DNA of 64,000 nucleotides from Nitrospirales bacterium (GTDB lineage Bacteria; Nitrospirota; Nitrospiria; Nitrospirales; UBA8639): NCBI GenBank assembly GCA_965203295.1, contig CBDBCZ010000017.1, positions 1,120,001 to 1,184,000 of the forward strand, read 5' to 3'. Shown piece by piece: positions 39,923 to 52,783 of this stretch (position 1 is its first letter; each line of letters starts with the position of its first letter). The notes under the pieces were generated by a model. It saw only the letters and a program-made list of their open reading frames with translations, ran no database searches and was not told where the DNA came from. The position numbers and the translations under genes were made by a program.

Positions 39923-41130
39923 GGCTTTTTCAGATCTTGCTGGTGGGCCCCTTCCAAGCTGGTCTTGGCTGAAGGCTTCTCTACCAGTGTCCTTTGGTGG
40001 CCTGGGTATCCGGCGTGCGTTGCTCCACGCCCCTGCTGCCTACATTGGATCCCTCAACCAGTCGGGGCAGCTAGTCGCCAGAATCATTGGTCGAGTCCCT
40101 AGTACCCCTGAACATCTGGCTCCCACACTCGATGCCCTGGCGGAAGCCACAGGAAGGGAGAATTGGCTCGCTATTGAAGATGTCGACATCACCCTCCGTC
40201 AATGCCACCTTTTGAAAGCCATAGACCAGGCGGTTTTTGCTGATCTCTGTTCTGCCGCTCCTGACACCCGCTCCAAAGCTCTGGCCCTCTCTACTGCCAT
40301 TCCCCATGCTGGGGACTGGCTTAATGTTGTGCCCTCACACGCTCTGGGTCTCCACCTGCAATATTGGGAATTCAGGCTCTTCTTCCAGTATTGGCTAGGT
40401 CTGCAGATGGTTGAAGAGGAACTCGATGTCCAGTCTGCCAGGCTGCTATGGACCCCTACCGTGACTATCAAGTTGGATGCAGACGGAATGGTGACCGAAT
40501 TCACCGTCACGACTCTCTTAGGGATGCTCGGTTTTCTGCTGCCCAGTCTGCAGCTCTAGCTCCTAGGAGGGAAGTGCCGTCTCTCATCTCTGCCAGGGTC
40601 CAGCAGTTGGCCAGCCGACGTATACTTTCCTCACTGGATGCGAGGCCAGCCTGCCGCCCTTGACGTCTCTGTTACATGAATTAAGCTTCCATCAATCAGG
40701 GCCATGCCCTGTCTGTCGGGGAAGAGAGGAAGTTGGCTGCTCAGTCAGCCCCCTGCCGCTCTGTTATTCCAGGAGTGAACTTCATCCCCATGATTGTTGA
40801 GACACTTGGTGGCTGGAGCCCTAGAGCAGTGGAGGTGATCAAGGGCTAGAGACTTGGTAACCCTCCTGCGGACTCTACCACCCACCTGTTCCAGCGTCTC
40901 GCCATCTACCTCTGGAGAGGGAACGCCTCCCCCTGGGTGCGAAGGATCCCCATCCGACCATCTGAGGGCGATGGGGTCATCTAACTCTTTTTTTTTTTTA
41001 GTTTGTTTGGTTGTTTTTTTTTTCTTTCTACTTTTAATTATTTCTGCTCTCACCAGCCTTTGTTGCCTTGCTTGCCGTGCTTTGTATTGTCGTGTCAACT
41101 ATGAATGTGAAACTACAAACAAAAAAAATT
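39923..41130 (+). mobile_element. 5'-truncated, decayed non-LTR retrotransposon with restriction-like endonuclease (CRE/R2 group)
   Basis: Across frames: ASLPVSFGGLGIR, PHAGDWL, CPVC..DP..GC..RIHRHD zinc knuckle, PAD, PAALDVSV and FIPMIVETLGGW. Frameshifts and stops are present. It occurs only in duplicate unit 2. Confidence 0.8.
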
Positions 41131-41927
41131 AACGTTGATTGGGCGAGATCGCGCGTGAAGACTGTGATGCCATCATGATTTAATATGATGCGAGTGCAGT
41201 ACTTTGACCGCTGCATGCGTTGTTATTCATGATGGCCTCAAATGAGCACTTCGAGCGCGCATTCTATCGCGGAAAGGTTAGTGGCTGTATAGTCCTGTAG
41301 GCTGTAAGTGCACAGACAAACTACGACGGTGTGCATTAAATAGAATCACTGCCGTACGTGTAGCTACATGTACATGTAGGCTGTGGCTAGGCGTCGGTCC
41401 TGTTTTGTTTTGCAGTTGTTTGCAGTCTCTCCTTCTGCATTTGCTTGCAGTTTTCTTGAGTTACTGCCTCATGGTTCAGGCAAGTATCTGTCAGCTATAC
41501 TATACTGTCACTGGCATACAAAGTTGGCTACTAATTTACGTGGTGTGCACACATACTAAGCTTATACACTTTCTCCCCACCGTGTGATTTTCAGCGCAAA
41601 GTTGAGTCCTGAGCGTGGAGCTGCCTCCATGTGGTTAAGTCAGCAGCACTATAGTAACTGCATGCAAAATGCTCCATACTAATAGTGAAACACTATTCAT
41701 TTCTGGCCGTAGAGAGCGAGCGAAGTTTAACAAGCCCAAGTAGTTGTGAGCACAACTACTTGTAGCTACTTGTATTAGCAGCTAATAATAATTATAAAAG
41801 TTCAACAGAAACAGTATTATTTAAATAAACTTCCACTGCATGAAATTAAGTTAAACCTAAACACCAATTAATAAGTCCAGCCAGCTGCAGTCATGTACAG
41901 CCGCGTACGTACGTAGCTGCTCAAGTC

Positions 41928-42560
41928 TCAAACAACGCTTTTGTCGAGAACGACGACTTCATTGACGTGGGTCACCCAGAAGCACGAATCGGAGTCCGAG
42001 CAGCCCTCGTGGCTGAAGAACACAACCGGGAAGACGTTGCCGTCATCGGTCGATTTAACCATGCTGTACATCAGCTTGGCCCTGTGGGAGCTGTTCACCA
42101 CGTCGTGGCAGAAAGCGGGACTCGTGTTGAAGCTGTGGCAGACCAGCTTGATTGCGGCGGGGGAGATGGCTTTCGAAGTCAGTACCTCCACGAACTTTCC
42201 TTCCAGAACGGCGGGCTCGAGTTGGACCACGATGGAGTCTTCGTCCACCTTAGATTGCAGGTACGCGTGCATCTCGTACTTATCCGAGAAGATTTCGGCA
42301 GGCAGAATATAATCTGCAAGCGCATCAGACTGACCGTAGTAGTATTCGTGCCTGAGGCCGTCGGCTGTAGTACGCATTTTGCCTGCATGCGTAATCAAAG
42401 GTCCCCACGTAGTACCCACGACCGGAATGCCAGCATCTGCCTTCGAGTTTTGTTTCGACGTCGGCGCGGCATATTCCTGAGCGTACTGTGGACGGCGCCA
42501 CGGTGTCCCGGAAACGGCGGCGAGGAGAACGGCGAGAGACAGTGCGAGCAGATAGACCAT
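41928..42560 (-). CDS. Secreted, intronless BURP-domain-like protein, copy 2, 210 aa
   Basis: Differs from copy 1 at only 5 residues (A2V, AP>TS, N>K, F>Y). All CH/SH/TH motifs are intact. Confidence 0.7.
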   Translation of the reverse strand: MVYLLALSLAVLLAAVSGTPWRRPQYAQEYAAPTSKQNSKADAGIPVVGTTWGPLITHAGKMRTTADGLRHEYYYGQSDALADYILPAEIFSDKYEMHAYLQSKVDEDSIVVQLEPAVLEGKFVEVLTSKAISPAAIKLVCHSFNTSPAFCHDVVNSSHRAKLMYSMVKSTDDGNVFPVVFFSHEGCSDSDSCFWVTHVNEVVVLDKSVV

Positions 42561-42844
42561 GATTAAACGGGCTGCAGGACGGTTGCTGGTCTGTGCGTTG
42601 AAGAAACTTCTCGAGTTAAGCACCTGCGGCTCGATTTCTGTCGTGTGTACCGATTAGATCCGCTTTTATAGTTCTTTGGCAGCCCTAGCCCTCGCATGAA
42701 ACCCTCGACCTGGCCCGGAACCCTATATTTGGGGGGCTTCTGAGAGCGTGTACATATAAGTAGACTATACCAACGCTGCTGCAGCAGCATTCGCACAGCG
42801 GCATTCACAGCAGACGAACTACTACTTTCAGGAGCAGAGTAAAG

Positions 42845-43558
42845 ATGAAGCTATTGGCTATTTTAGTGATCATCGGCGTGGGAATCCTAGCCACTGCTGA
42901 GAGTGCTCCGGCTCGCGGGGATCGGAGGTTCGCATTCTCATCATTAAATTGTTAGGCATGCACCTAGGCTATTACTACTACGCATGCATGTATTGCCCTA
43001 CTTTTCGCTTCTTTCACGTTTCCTCTCTCTGACTTACATAATTTTCTTATAGCTAACCTTAATCCATCCATCCATCCATCCATCCATCCATCCATCCATC
43101 CATCTATATTTATTTATACGCAATCTATTACAGTACATTGCATACATCTATGATAGTTGTCATTGTTTTATTCCTCCATACAGCTATGATTTCCCGTATA
43201 TCGCGCAAGTCGTCCTGGTTATCTGCTACACCCAGCCCGACTGCGGCGGTCCCTCAAGTCTTGCAGATGACTCGATTTGCTGCGCGAACTTCGGGCTAAG
43301 CTACGAGTACGAAGACGATCCACAGTGCTACAATTGGTACGTAAACATACTTGAAATTCTGAGACTCATACAATACATAATGAATGTACGCATATTATGC
43401 ATATTATGCTGTAGTGCATGCAATTTATATAATCGCGCAAGCGGTACTGTAACAATAATTGCAAAAGCCATGCATTGTTGACTCCCAAACCGTTGTTCAT
43501 TCCAATGTGCAGCTTAAGCTTGAGGCGCCGCCGTCCACCTGCTTTTGGCTATCAGTAA
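42845..43558 (+). CDS. Secreted 6-Cys peptide precursor (recifin A / Tyr-lock-like), copy 2, 93 aa
   Basis: Exons 42845-42927, 43184-43336, 43513-43558 give MKLLAILVIIGVGILATAESAPARGDRSYDFPYIAQVVLVICYTQPDCGGPSSLADDSICCANFGLSYEYEDDPQCYNCLSLRRRRPPAFGYQ*. Indels relative to copy 1 are multiples of 3. Confidence 0.8.
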
Positions 43559-45291
43559 TGGCTCCAAGATCAATTGACATATTGACTCCGCCTTGAAGTG
43601 TAATGGATTCATTGGACACTAGACCAAAAAATAATGTTTCTTTTTGTAGGCCATTGTTGCAGAACATTAAGCCATGCAGCTGTTTTTTTTTGTACTTTCA
43701 ATTTTCTTCAAATAAATATTGCTGGGATAATACAGTCTATTATACTTGGATTGTTTCATTGCTGCAATAGCTTTTCTCAAGTGACTTATACACTAATAAT
43801 CTACTTGTCCAGTTATCACCGTTTTCTTGTCCAGTAGTTGGCAAGTACTCTGCCATCCTGTAGCACTCGACTTTGGTCCAACAGGTTAATAATACAAGGA
43901 GAAATTATAATTATTTAGTTAATAATCTATTATACTGGCCCCCAACAAAAAATAGTTGGCTAGAGATCAATTTAAATTCCTGGGTATTATATACACCGAT
44001 TAAAAATTGGCTTTATTCAGAAGGTGCAGGCTTATATAGCTATACTCACACCTTTACCGCTCACTATCACCATGTTACTAAACCGCACTGTGGATATGAC
44101 TAGCATGCCAATCTTGATTTTTACTGTGATACTGTGATCAGTGAGCAGCTAGGTCATGACCAGCTATGTAGCTATATATACGGCTATATACAGCTGGCAG
44201 TGATGTAACAGAAACTCACCCTAACGTTGTTACTTGTCCACTATATATGAGTGGCAATCTACTGTACATGTAACATGTATCTGAACAGAAGGATGCGCCC
44301 AAGCTTAAGCTTATTAATAAGTGCATGTGCATGCAGCATGCTATTACAGAATGCCAGCCGAAACCTATAACTGTACTGGTAGCATGGCATGCTTGTACAA
44401 TTCATTCGCATACATATATGAGTCACAAAGTATTTAGCCTCGTACCCAGGCCACGTGAGATTTGAACAACTAAGAATGAGGCTACCGTGGCAAAGTATTA
44501 TGGTGGTTGCAGATCATGAGAAACCATGTGAAGAGCACAATATAATAGCATAGTGGGATGTATATAGTAATATATATGGGAATATTGTAATTCCCAGGCC
44601 ACTCCCCCCCCCCCTCCCAAAGTAGGGGAGTGACCTGGGAACGAGGCTAGGCGACAAGGGGCTGTGTGAGCAGCCAACTTTCTCTCTTCCTTGACTGATA
44701 GAGCATGGCCCTCATTGTTAGCTAGGTGCTCCATTGACAGCTGCTGGAGGGTAGAAATATTGTTACAGATTCGTCAAGGGAAGCAGACTGGCCCCACTTC
44801 CTGGCCAGTGACGAAAGTGAACATCGGCCGGCCAACTATTGGACCCAGGAAAGAGTGATGGTACTTCCCTCCTCTAGAAGACTGGACAGCAGAAAACAGA
44901 TAGTGTATCCCTATAAGAGAGTCATGACGGTGGATTCTGAAAACTACAAAATAGCCTTCATATTCTTGACAGACGTCATAACAATTAATAGCCTGAAAAT
45001 TTGGCGGGAATTATAATCATACTTGGCAAAATGGGTTCCAACCGGCTGTTTAATAAGCCTTCCTTGAGGTTTGAGGGCAGTATACAGTGCTGGCCACCGG
45101 CGCTCTGTAGCACTGCGCGAGACTAGGCGCGCGCGCCATGGCCGGCGCCAGGCGCCACCGCCCATGTGGCCACGCCCTCCGCCGCGCACGTGGGTGTCTG
45201 TCTGGGCACGAGAGCGTCTCGTGCCAAGATGTCTATCTCGCTGAAACACTCTTTCCCAGCCCTCTGACGAGACTATTACAGTTCTAGAAGT

Positions 45292-48200
45292 ATGAGTGTA
45301 GATCCAGCACTGCAGTGTGTGTTTTGCAAGCAGTATCTGGTGGACAACCCGAGGCAGGCATTGTGCGGAGACAGGCTGTGTGGAAGCTGTTTCTCTGAAC
45401 TGGAGCAGAAGTAAGCTCCCAAGATTCACTCTGTATTGCGTGCAGATACGCATGCAATCGGCAGGGTTCACATACATATAGGATATCCGACTCCCGGAAA
45501 AGGGTGCGGCTTAGTGCATGCATGCATGTTTGACATAGTCTCCCGACCAGACCACGCATTTCATGTGGTCAGGGCACGAAACTACGTTTTCCGTAGACCC
45601 ACTGTACTTTATTTCTTTGTATACTTACACGCAGGGAGAAGGAAGTGCCATGTCCTCAGTGTGGGCAGGAGATAGTCCTGATAAAGGTATAATACGTTCA
45701 TATAAGTATTTTACTTTCCACACACCATCACGTCAGCTTGCAAGTAGCAGGTATATTACATTTTAAGGATGTGGCTATTGACCTGTCGAGAAGTGTTTAC
45801 AATTGAATGGGCAATGTTCGCACATGCACACTTGTGCACTAGTTAGTCTCGATCGCAGCCCTTAATCAAGGCTAAGGATCGTTTACAGTATCCCGCCATG
45901 AAAGTAAGCGATCCCTAGCCTTGATTGTGGGCTGTGAATGATAGTATCCACTAGCCTGCATCGCGATACTGACGCAACACATAAAGTTGTCTGTGCGTAC
46001 CATGCGGATCTGGGGGGCAAACTTGTCATCTGATAGATACTTGCCGGCAGGTGCATGTACGTATTAGAGCAGCTATTTTGAAGCGCTCAGCACCATAACA
46101 ACCATAGCTAGTACACTATGGACCACAGGTTTTCATACAAGATTTTTTTGCCGGGGGTGGGAAACTTTTTCGGAGAAAGCAAATGTCCTAGTAGGGGGTG
46201 GGGGCATTCCGGCCGGGGTTCATTTGGAAAAATTAGCAAAGGGGGTGCAAAAGTAGAATGTTGCTGACGCTGGGGAGAGGGGGAGGGCTCTGGGGGCATG
46301 CTCCCCCATGAAAAGTTTTGAAATTTAGACCCTCTGAGATCACTTCTGGTGCAAGATGTGACTACCCCAAGTTTATGTTAAACCACAACAGTAACAGTTC
46401 AAAATCCTTGGGGGGGGGGGGGGGGGGGGGGGGGGCGGAATCCCAGGGCGCCCCCCCCCCCTCTGTATGAAATCCTAGACCAGCATTGTGCCTAGTGCCC
46501 ACACTGCATTGTATGCTGCATAATGGTACGAGGCTATAGAGTTAATGTGATGATGGTTCTTTCACATTGTGGGATTCTGTCTGGTGTTCACCAAGTCCAA
46601 AAGCTGTCTAAATTCCAGGTGGGATATTTGTCAACAGAAAGCCATTAGCTACAGGCCAAGAAATAAGATTTTTTTTTAAAGCAGGAGTGAGGCTGCTTAT
46701 TATTTTGCTTACAAGCTCAGATAACTAATCTTGGTGGCTACAAAGGATCGATCCATGGAGTTGCAAACCATACCATGCCCTCATCATGAAGTTTCTTCAA
46801 TTCCAACCTGTGGTTCAGCAGAAGTTCTTTAATTGCCGACGTTTCAACTACAGTTTTTTTCAAGGCATGCCTTGAAGAAGTGTTGTAGTCTTTTTCAAGG
46901 CATGCCTTGAAAAAGTGTTGTAGTCTTTTTCAAGGCATGCCTTGAACAACACTGTAGTCGAAACGTCGGCAATTAAAGAACTTCTGCTAAACTTCGGGTT
47001 AGAATTGAAGAAACTTTGCGTTCTACTAGCCAACTGAGAGAATCCCTGAACAATACCATGCCTTCTTATTCATACAGTACCATAGATACCTTTCAGTCAA
47101 GTGCTACATTCTGTGTGAAATACCATAGACAATAGGGATCCTTATTGTATAGAGATTGTAGCAGGCTTTATACACTTTTAATAGGAATTTGATCTGCCAA
47201 TTTAAACAACCATTTGAATACCAGGCTCATGGCAATTCCATGGCAAACTATAGCAATTGTTAGCTGATTTCTAACAGTGGTTGCTATATGAATGAATTGG
47301 CACCTAGTACTTGCGGAACGTAATGCTTGAAAGAAACCTTCATTTTGTTGTACAATAATATTCCAGAATTTGTCAGTCCACGTCATCCATGTGAAGAAAG
47401 GCTGTGTCTTTCCACACAGTGTTTCCCTGACAAGGCTGTGGAGACAATGGTGGCCAAGGCTACAGTGAGCTGCAGTGGCCCAGGGTGCACTTGGAAAGGG
47501 CTGGGTATCCACTATCAAGTACGTACACAGACATATTGTAGCAAGGCCAGCTAGTCTGAGTGATGACTAATTTTGAAGTTGTAGTAAGCCTTCGATGGTA
47601 AAAGCGTGTATAGATTTGTCCAGAGATAACCCTGATTCTTTGTGGAGCACGAGTTAGTCTAGGCCCCAGACCCTCCCTGCACTCATAAAAAAAAAAACCC
47701 TGAAGGAAAGTGCCAGTAGAGGGTCTGGTGCAGTTGATACAGAAGGCCTCCATGGGATGTTGCTTGTATGGCTTACTGTGGTGAGATAATTGAGACGGGA
47801 AGTTCAAAGTTAAGTGAGTGCTAAAGAACTAGTGTAAACAGTGCAAAGCTATATCTACAGCTGTGCTTGAGAAGTGGGAGGCGTGAATATTCCAAAGGTC
47901 AGTAGTTCCCAATCAACCAATCAGATTCGACCCTCTGAAATTCCTTGGACTGCAAATTATTCTGTATCAACTGCACCAGACCCTCTTCCGCACTTATCTT
48001 CCGGTTTTTTTGCGAGTGCAGGGAGGGTCTGGGGCCGAGACTAAGCACGAGTTTGAACACGTCACACCAGTTGCTAGGGGTAGCCGTAAGCACTTGGAGC
48101 AAGAACTCGTATACTAGGGCCTTATAGCAAGCCATTTGCTGTACTTGTTCACGCAGTTTATTTCGTTTACGCTCGATAACACGCTGGTATTTACGCTGAT

Positions 48201-51200
48201 ATTTTTCGCAGCAAAGTGCACATGGTCAATTGCTTGAAAAAGTAGTCGGAAATACCACTGGATTACAAGTAACCTCGCAAAATCTTTCTCCCAGGAGCTA
48301 GCTACTTCTGAGCATAACCTCTTCAGCTTGAAGGTGATGGCAAATATAGCTCAAGATGACTCAAATAATCATTTTGTTCTCTTACCACTACAGGCTCACG
48401 TTGAAGAGTGTGCATTTATTCTCGTGGACTGTCCCAACAGTGCCAGTGGCTGCACTGAGAGGATGCAGAGGAGCAAAGTGGATCAGCACGCACACTCTTG
48501 CAAGTTCTCGCCTGCGGCTTGCGAGTGGTGTGGCAAGATGATCCCAGCCTTGAACAAAGATGTGTGTGTATAAAATTAATGAATTAACGTTACTGTGGTA
48601 GTCCCGGGTAGAAAACGAACAATATTCTGTCTCGTATTTCGATCGCATCACTGCATTTGAAATGCGTTGTATCTGAATTTTCGTTCTACCACACCTGTGC
48701 TACTCTGACCAATCAGGTAACTAGATTTGAGGTTTCGAAATCACTTATTCACCTCGTGATAATGTGTCTAACTTACTCACTATTCACCTTGCTTTAACCC
48801 TTTAAACGTGAGAATTAATATCGCAATTTTTGAGTGAGGTCATTTGTTTTTGCTATAAATTCCTAATTTCACCACCAAAAACAGAAGTTGTTTGTATGGC
48901 AACAGGTTAAGCTCAGGCGCTAGAATGCTGGCTCGAATCCCACCATGTGCACCTTTTTAGCATTATTTCTTCAGCTCATTAATAAGGGTTAATTAATTAA
49001 CATCCTCCAGCAACGCGTTGCCATATAAACACGCGTAAATATTACTGACGGGTATATTGTGGTAAAAGCCAGTTATACAACTCGTGGTCGATGTGAAAGC
49101 GATTTAATCCCCTCAGGCCTTTGGCCCTCAATAAATAAATCGCTTATACACCTCCACTTTGTGATATAACTCAGATTGGACAAAGTGCTACGTATGTAGA
49201 CACAGGAACTATGCATACATTTACATAGCATGTTTGACCCACCCTTAGTGGAAATTTCCAGAGATGCGATCAAATACACAACAGGAAAATGTTTGTTTTC
49301 TATCCGAGACTGCCACAACTCTCTCTGGCATTTTTAGGCCAATGTTTATCATAGAGAGAGCAGCTATCACTTCACTTTATACATGTAGACATGACTGCAA
49401 CTCGCTTTATACACGTAGTAATATATTTCTCACCATTTTTTTTATAGACGCATTTGGAGACGGACTGTGATGATGTCATGGTTTCTTGCTCCAATGGATG
49501 TGGGGAAAAATGCCCCCGGAAAATGGTATGATTATTCGATGATTATATTATACCACTCTTTTTAGTAGTTTGTACCTTGCAACATTGATGAAAAGAAGTA
49601 CATTGTAAAACCACTCTTATGTACTGTAAATGGTGTGATATCACCACCTCCTTTGGAAGTGAGACTAATTAATCTCTCACCCACCCATTAGCTAACTCGT
49701 TAGTGCAGTACACTAACATTTAGCTACACACTCTAACATGCTGTGACTCAGTCCATCAGTTTTGAGAGATGTACGTATGTATGCTTGCATGGCTCTGTGT
49801 GGAGTCAGCAATAAAGTAGGTACTGTTCTCACGCAGGTTGAGAACCATCTTGAAAACACGTGCCAGCTTCAGGTCCGCAGTTGTTGCTTCGGTTGGTGTG
49901 GCTGCAGTTTCCAGGTAAGCCTGTATTTAATCATTATATCGATGACTGACTTTTCATACGTTGATACAAATATAGCTGTAAGTGAGGATGATACACAGTT
50001 AGCAGCTATCCACAGCACTTGAATTGAGCTTTGATATAGCATTTGAGACATGTCATCGAGACTCGTCTGGTGTAGTGAATGAGTGAGTGACTTATAATAC
50101 TGTTACAGTAGGACCAGTTTTAATAGATAATCGAATGCGATTGTTTTTAAGCTTGCCACAATCATGCATTACACAGTACATACAGGCATATACGCGCACG
50201 CAAAACGTAATTACGCAAATTGCCTTCAAAACCTATATAGTCCTAGTGGTGATGATGCATGGCTAGTACATTGCTATCCGCAGCACTATCGGTAGTCTGG
50301 TGTAGCTAGCAGTTCTGACTGAGCTGTACACTTCCATGACTGTATAGCATCTCGCTTTTGTGATAAGGATCACAGCAAGCTTTTGCTCATATCCACACAG
50401 ATTCAGTCATACCCTGCTCAGATAAATCTTCTGTAGACTTAACTGTACATATCACATGGCTGCCATTCAATAGCAGCAAGGTTTATTGTCAAGCATGGTT
50501 ATCAAGATTGTTAAAGAAAGGTTACTTGTTTCAATTATGGTCAAGGCCAAGAACTTTGTGCAGAGTAATTAATTGCACAAAATATTTTTTGCCCATGGGA
50601 GTGTATTGTGTGTGTCAATCATGCTTATAAGAATAAAATTCCAGATGGTAAAATTATTGTCACTTCATGGCGCATCTTCCAAGAGGCTTGAATACATACT
50701 GTTATTGAATTGTGGCACAGAATCTGGGCATAAGACTACATTAAGCAATGATAATTGAATGTGTTAATGCTCAGTACGGTGTAGTAATGAAGTCATCAAA
50801 TTATTACAGGGAACGTTCCAACACCTGAAACAGCACGAAGCGGACGATATTCCTCGTCACTTGGAAAGTGTCAGTCGGGCACTGCACCAGCTTCAGGCAA
50901 ACTACGAAAAGTCTGAAACCGACAATCGCGCTCTCCTCGCCAAAGTGCAAGCCTCAGAGGGCCAGATTGCCATGCTGACGAGGGAGCTAGACGAGACGAA
51001 GTCGGAGCTGGCCACCAGGACAGACGAAGCGGCTGTCCGAGAGCTTCGCGAGGGATACGAGGAGCTGTTGGTGACGGTACAGTCACTGCAGGCCACTAGT
51101 TACGACGGAACGTTTGTCTGGAAGATCAACGAAGTCCGTAGGAGAAGAGAGGAAGCACGGACTGAAAAGATCGTGTCTCTCTATTCGGCGCCGTTCTACA

Positions 51201-51565
51201 CCAGCCGGTTCGGCTACAAGCTCTGCCTACGCGTGTACCTGGACGGCGACGGAACCGGCAAGGGGACCCATCTCTCCTTCTTTCTTGCCGTCATGAAGGG
51301 CGAGTACGACGCTCTCCTCTCGTGGCCCTTTCAACGGAGAGTGACTCTGATTCTCTTGGACCAGGACGGCCAGACGCACGTTGAGCAGTCGTTTCGCCCG
51401 GAGCAGAATTCGTCCTCCTTCCAGAGGCCCACGAATCGAATGAACACCGCGTCCGGCTGTCCCATGTTTGCGCCGCTGTCTGTTCTTGATAGCGCCTCGT
51501 ACGTGAGAGACGATGTCATGTTTATGAAGTGCAAGATTGATGCAACGGGACTGCAAAACAATTAG
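45292..51565 (+). CDS. TRAF: TNF receptor-associated factor (TRAF2/3/5-like): RING, TRAF zinc fingers, coiled coil, MATH; ~449 aa
   Basis: Exons 45292-45410, 45635-45686, 47420-47518, 48394-48561, 49448-49525, 49837-49914, 50810-51565 join in frame. RING CVFC..CGDRLCGSC..CPQC, FPDKA, and MATH motifs SAPFYTSRFGYKLCLRVYLDGDG.GKGTHLS, LLSWPF, SSSFQRP, ASGCP. Confidence 0.92.
46780..47052. mobile_element. Fold-back insertion resembling inverted Penelope-like termini
   Basis: Inverted arms 46789-46853 / 46951-47016 contain GAAACGTCGG. There are three internal CAAGGCATGCCTTGAA repeats and a 10-bp flanking duplication ATACCATGCC (46770-46779, 47053-47062). Confidence 0.55.
47655..48043. mobile_element. 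MITE of the TAGYCTCG-terminal family, 9-bp TSD (relatives near 1864, 34009, 54464)
   Basis: TIR TAGTCT(A/C)GGCCCCAGACCCTCCCTGCACTC and TSD AGCACGAGT on both sides. Confidence 0.8.
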
Positions 51566-51759
51566 TGTTGGACCGCAAACTGAGTGTGTATTATTGTAGT
51601 TGTAGTTACCCCCTACTAGCTAGTGATTGAAGCATACACGTTAGGACTTGTTATGATTGCAACTATTATTGATAATGGCATTGTACTAATTCAACGGTTG
51701 TTGAAAAATTTTAATTTTATGCATTGCAAGTCGTAGTTGCCCCAGCCGTTATTATTCTC

Positions 51760-52686
51760 ATTGGGGCGAGCGTGAGCGAGCCCCACACTTGTCATGTCAA
51801 CGCGATTTTCTCTGTCTTTCTGTCTGTCTGTCCCGTACGTCGTGCCGAATCTAAACATTAATTCGCTAAAATAACGAATAACAGCCACGTGCATAAAATA
51901 GCAACCCCAACCATGTTCACGTGTTGTGTACTGCGAAGATATGGCCCAGTCATTTGCTACGTTCACTTAACGCCATGATGCTTCTGCAGCAAGAGAAGAT
52001 TGACTTCGGAGACGGCGAGAGGGCCCACCGTGCTTCCGAAACGGAGAACAAAAGGAGGCAATATGTGTAGAAATACCAGCATTCTGGGTACCTGCTAAAT
52101 TTACGTAGTGTGTGTGTGTCTGTTAAAAGGTTGAGAAGACAAAGGGCGAGAGACAGGGCTAGACGCCGCACTAGCTCAGACTGCTGAGCAGATGGAGGCT
52201 AGACTGCAGCATGACAGAGATTGTCATAAGGAATCACGATCTGTCGAGTCTCCGGAGCAGACAGACAGCTACAAGGCGGCAATGCTGCAGGGCGTGTCGA
52301 AGGGAGATACGATCTGTTGAGACCCTAGAGCAGACAGAGGCTAGGCTCCAACACAACAGAGAGGACCGTTGGGTAATATAATCCTTTGAGACTCTGGAGC
52401 AGACACGGCTGGCCTGCAACACAACAGAGAGTGACATATAGAGACTGGAGACACGATCCAGTGAGACGCACAGGCTATAGGCTGCAACAAGACAGAGAGT
52501 ACCTGACTACATCACATTGTATTGTGTACTGTTCCTCCACCTGTATTGACCCCTTATCCCTCTTCCGCCTTTATCCCTCCATCCATACCGACTCCATTTA
52601 AGTTGTGCTCTGCATGCTACCATCTTTGTACAATATTACCTATGTACTCGCTCACGCTCGCCCCACAATGCGCTGCATTCACCTAG
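51760..52686 (+). mobile_element. Non-autonomous Helitron/Helentron-like element, copy 1
   Basis: 5' ATTGGGGCGAGCGTGAGCGAG has its inverse near the 3' end, followed by the small hairpin AATGCGCTGCATT, terminal CTAG and TT. It also has a (CTGT)n microsatellite and an R/E-rich ORF remnant. Confidence 0.75.
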
Positions 52687-52783
52687 TTATTGTAGTGGAT
52701 ATAGTTCTGCACATACACGTACACAAGGACTGTACGTATGCATGTGTTCATGTCCAGCTAATACATGCAAATGTCCATATATC

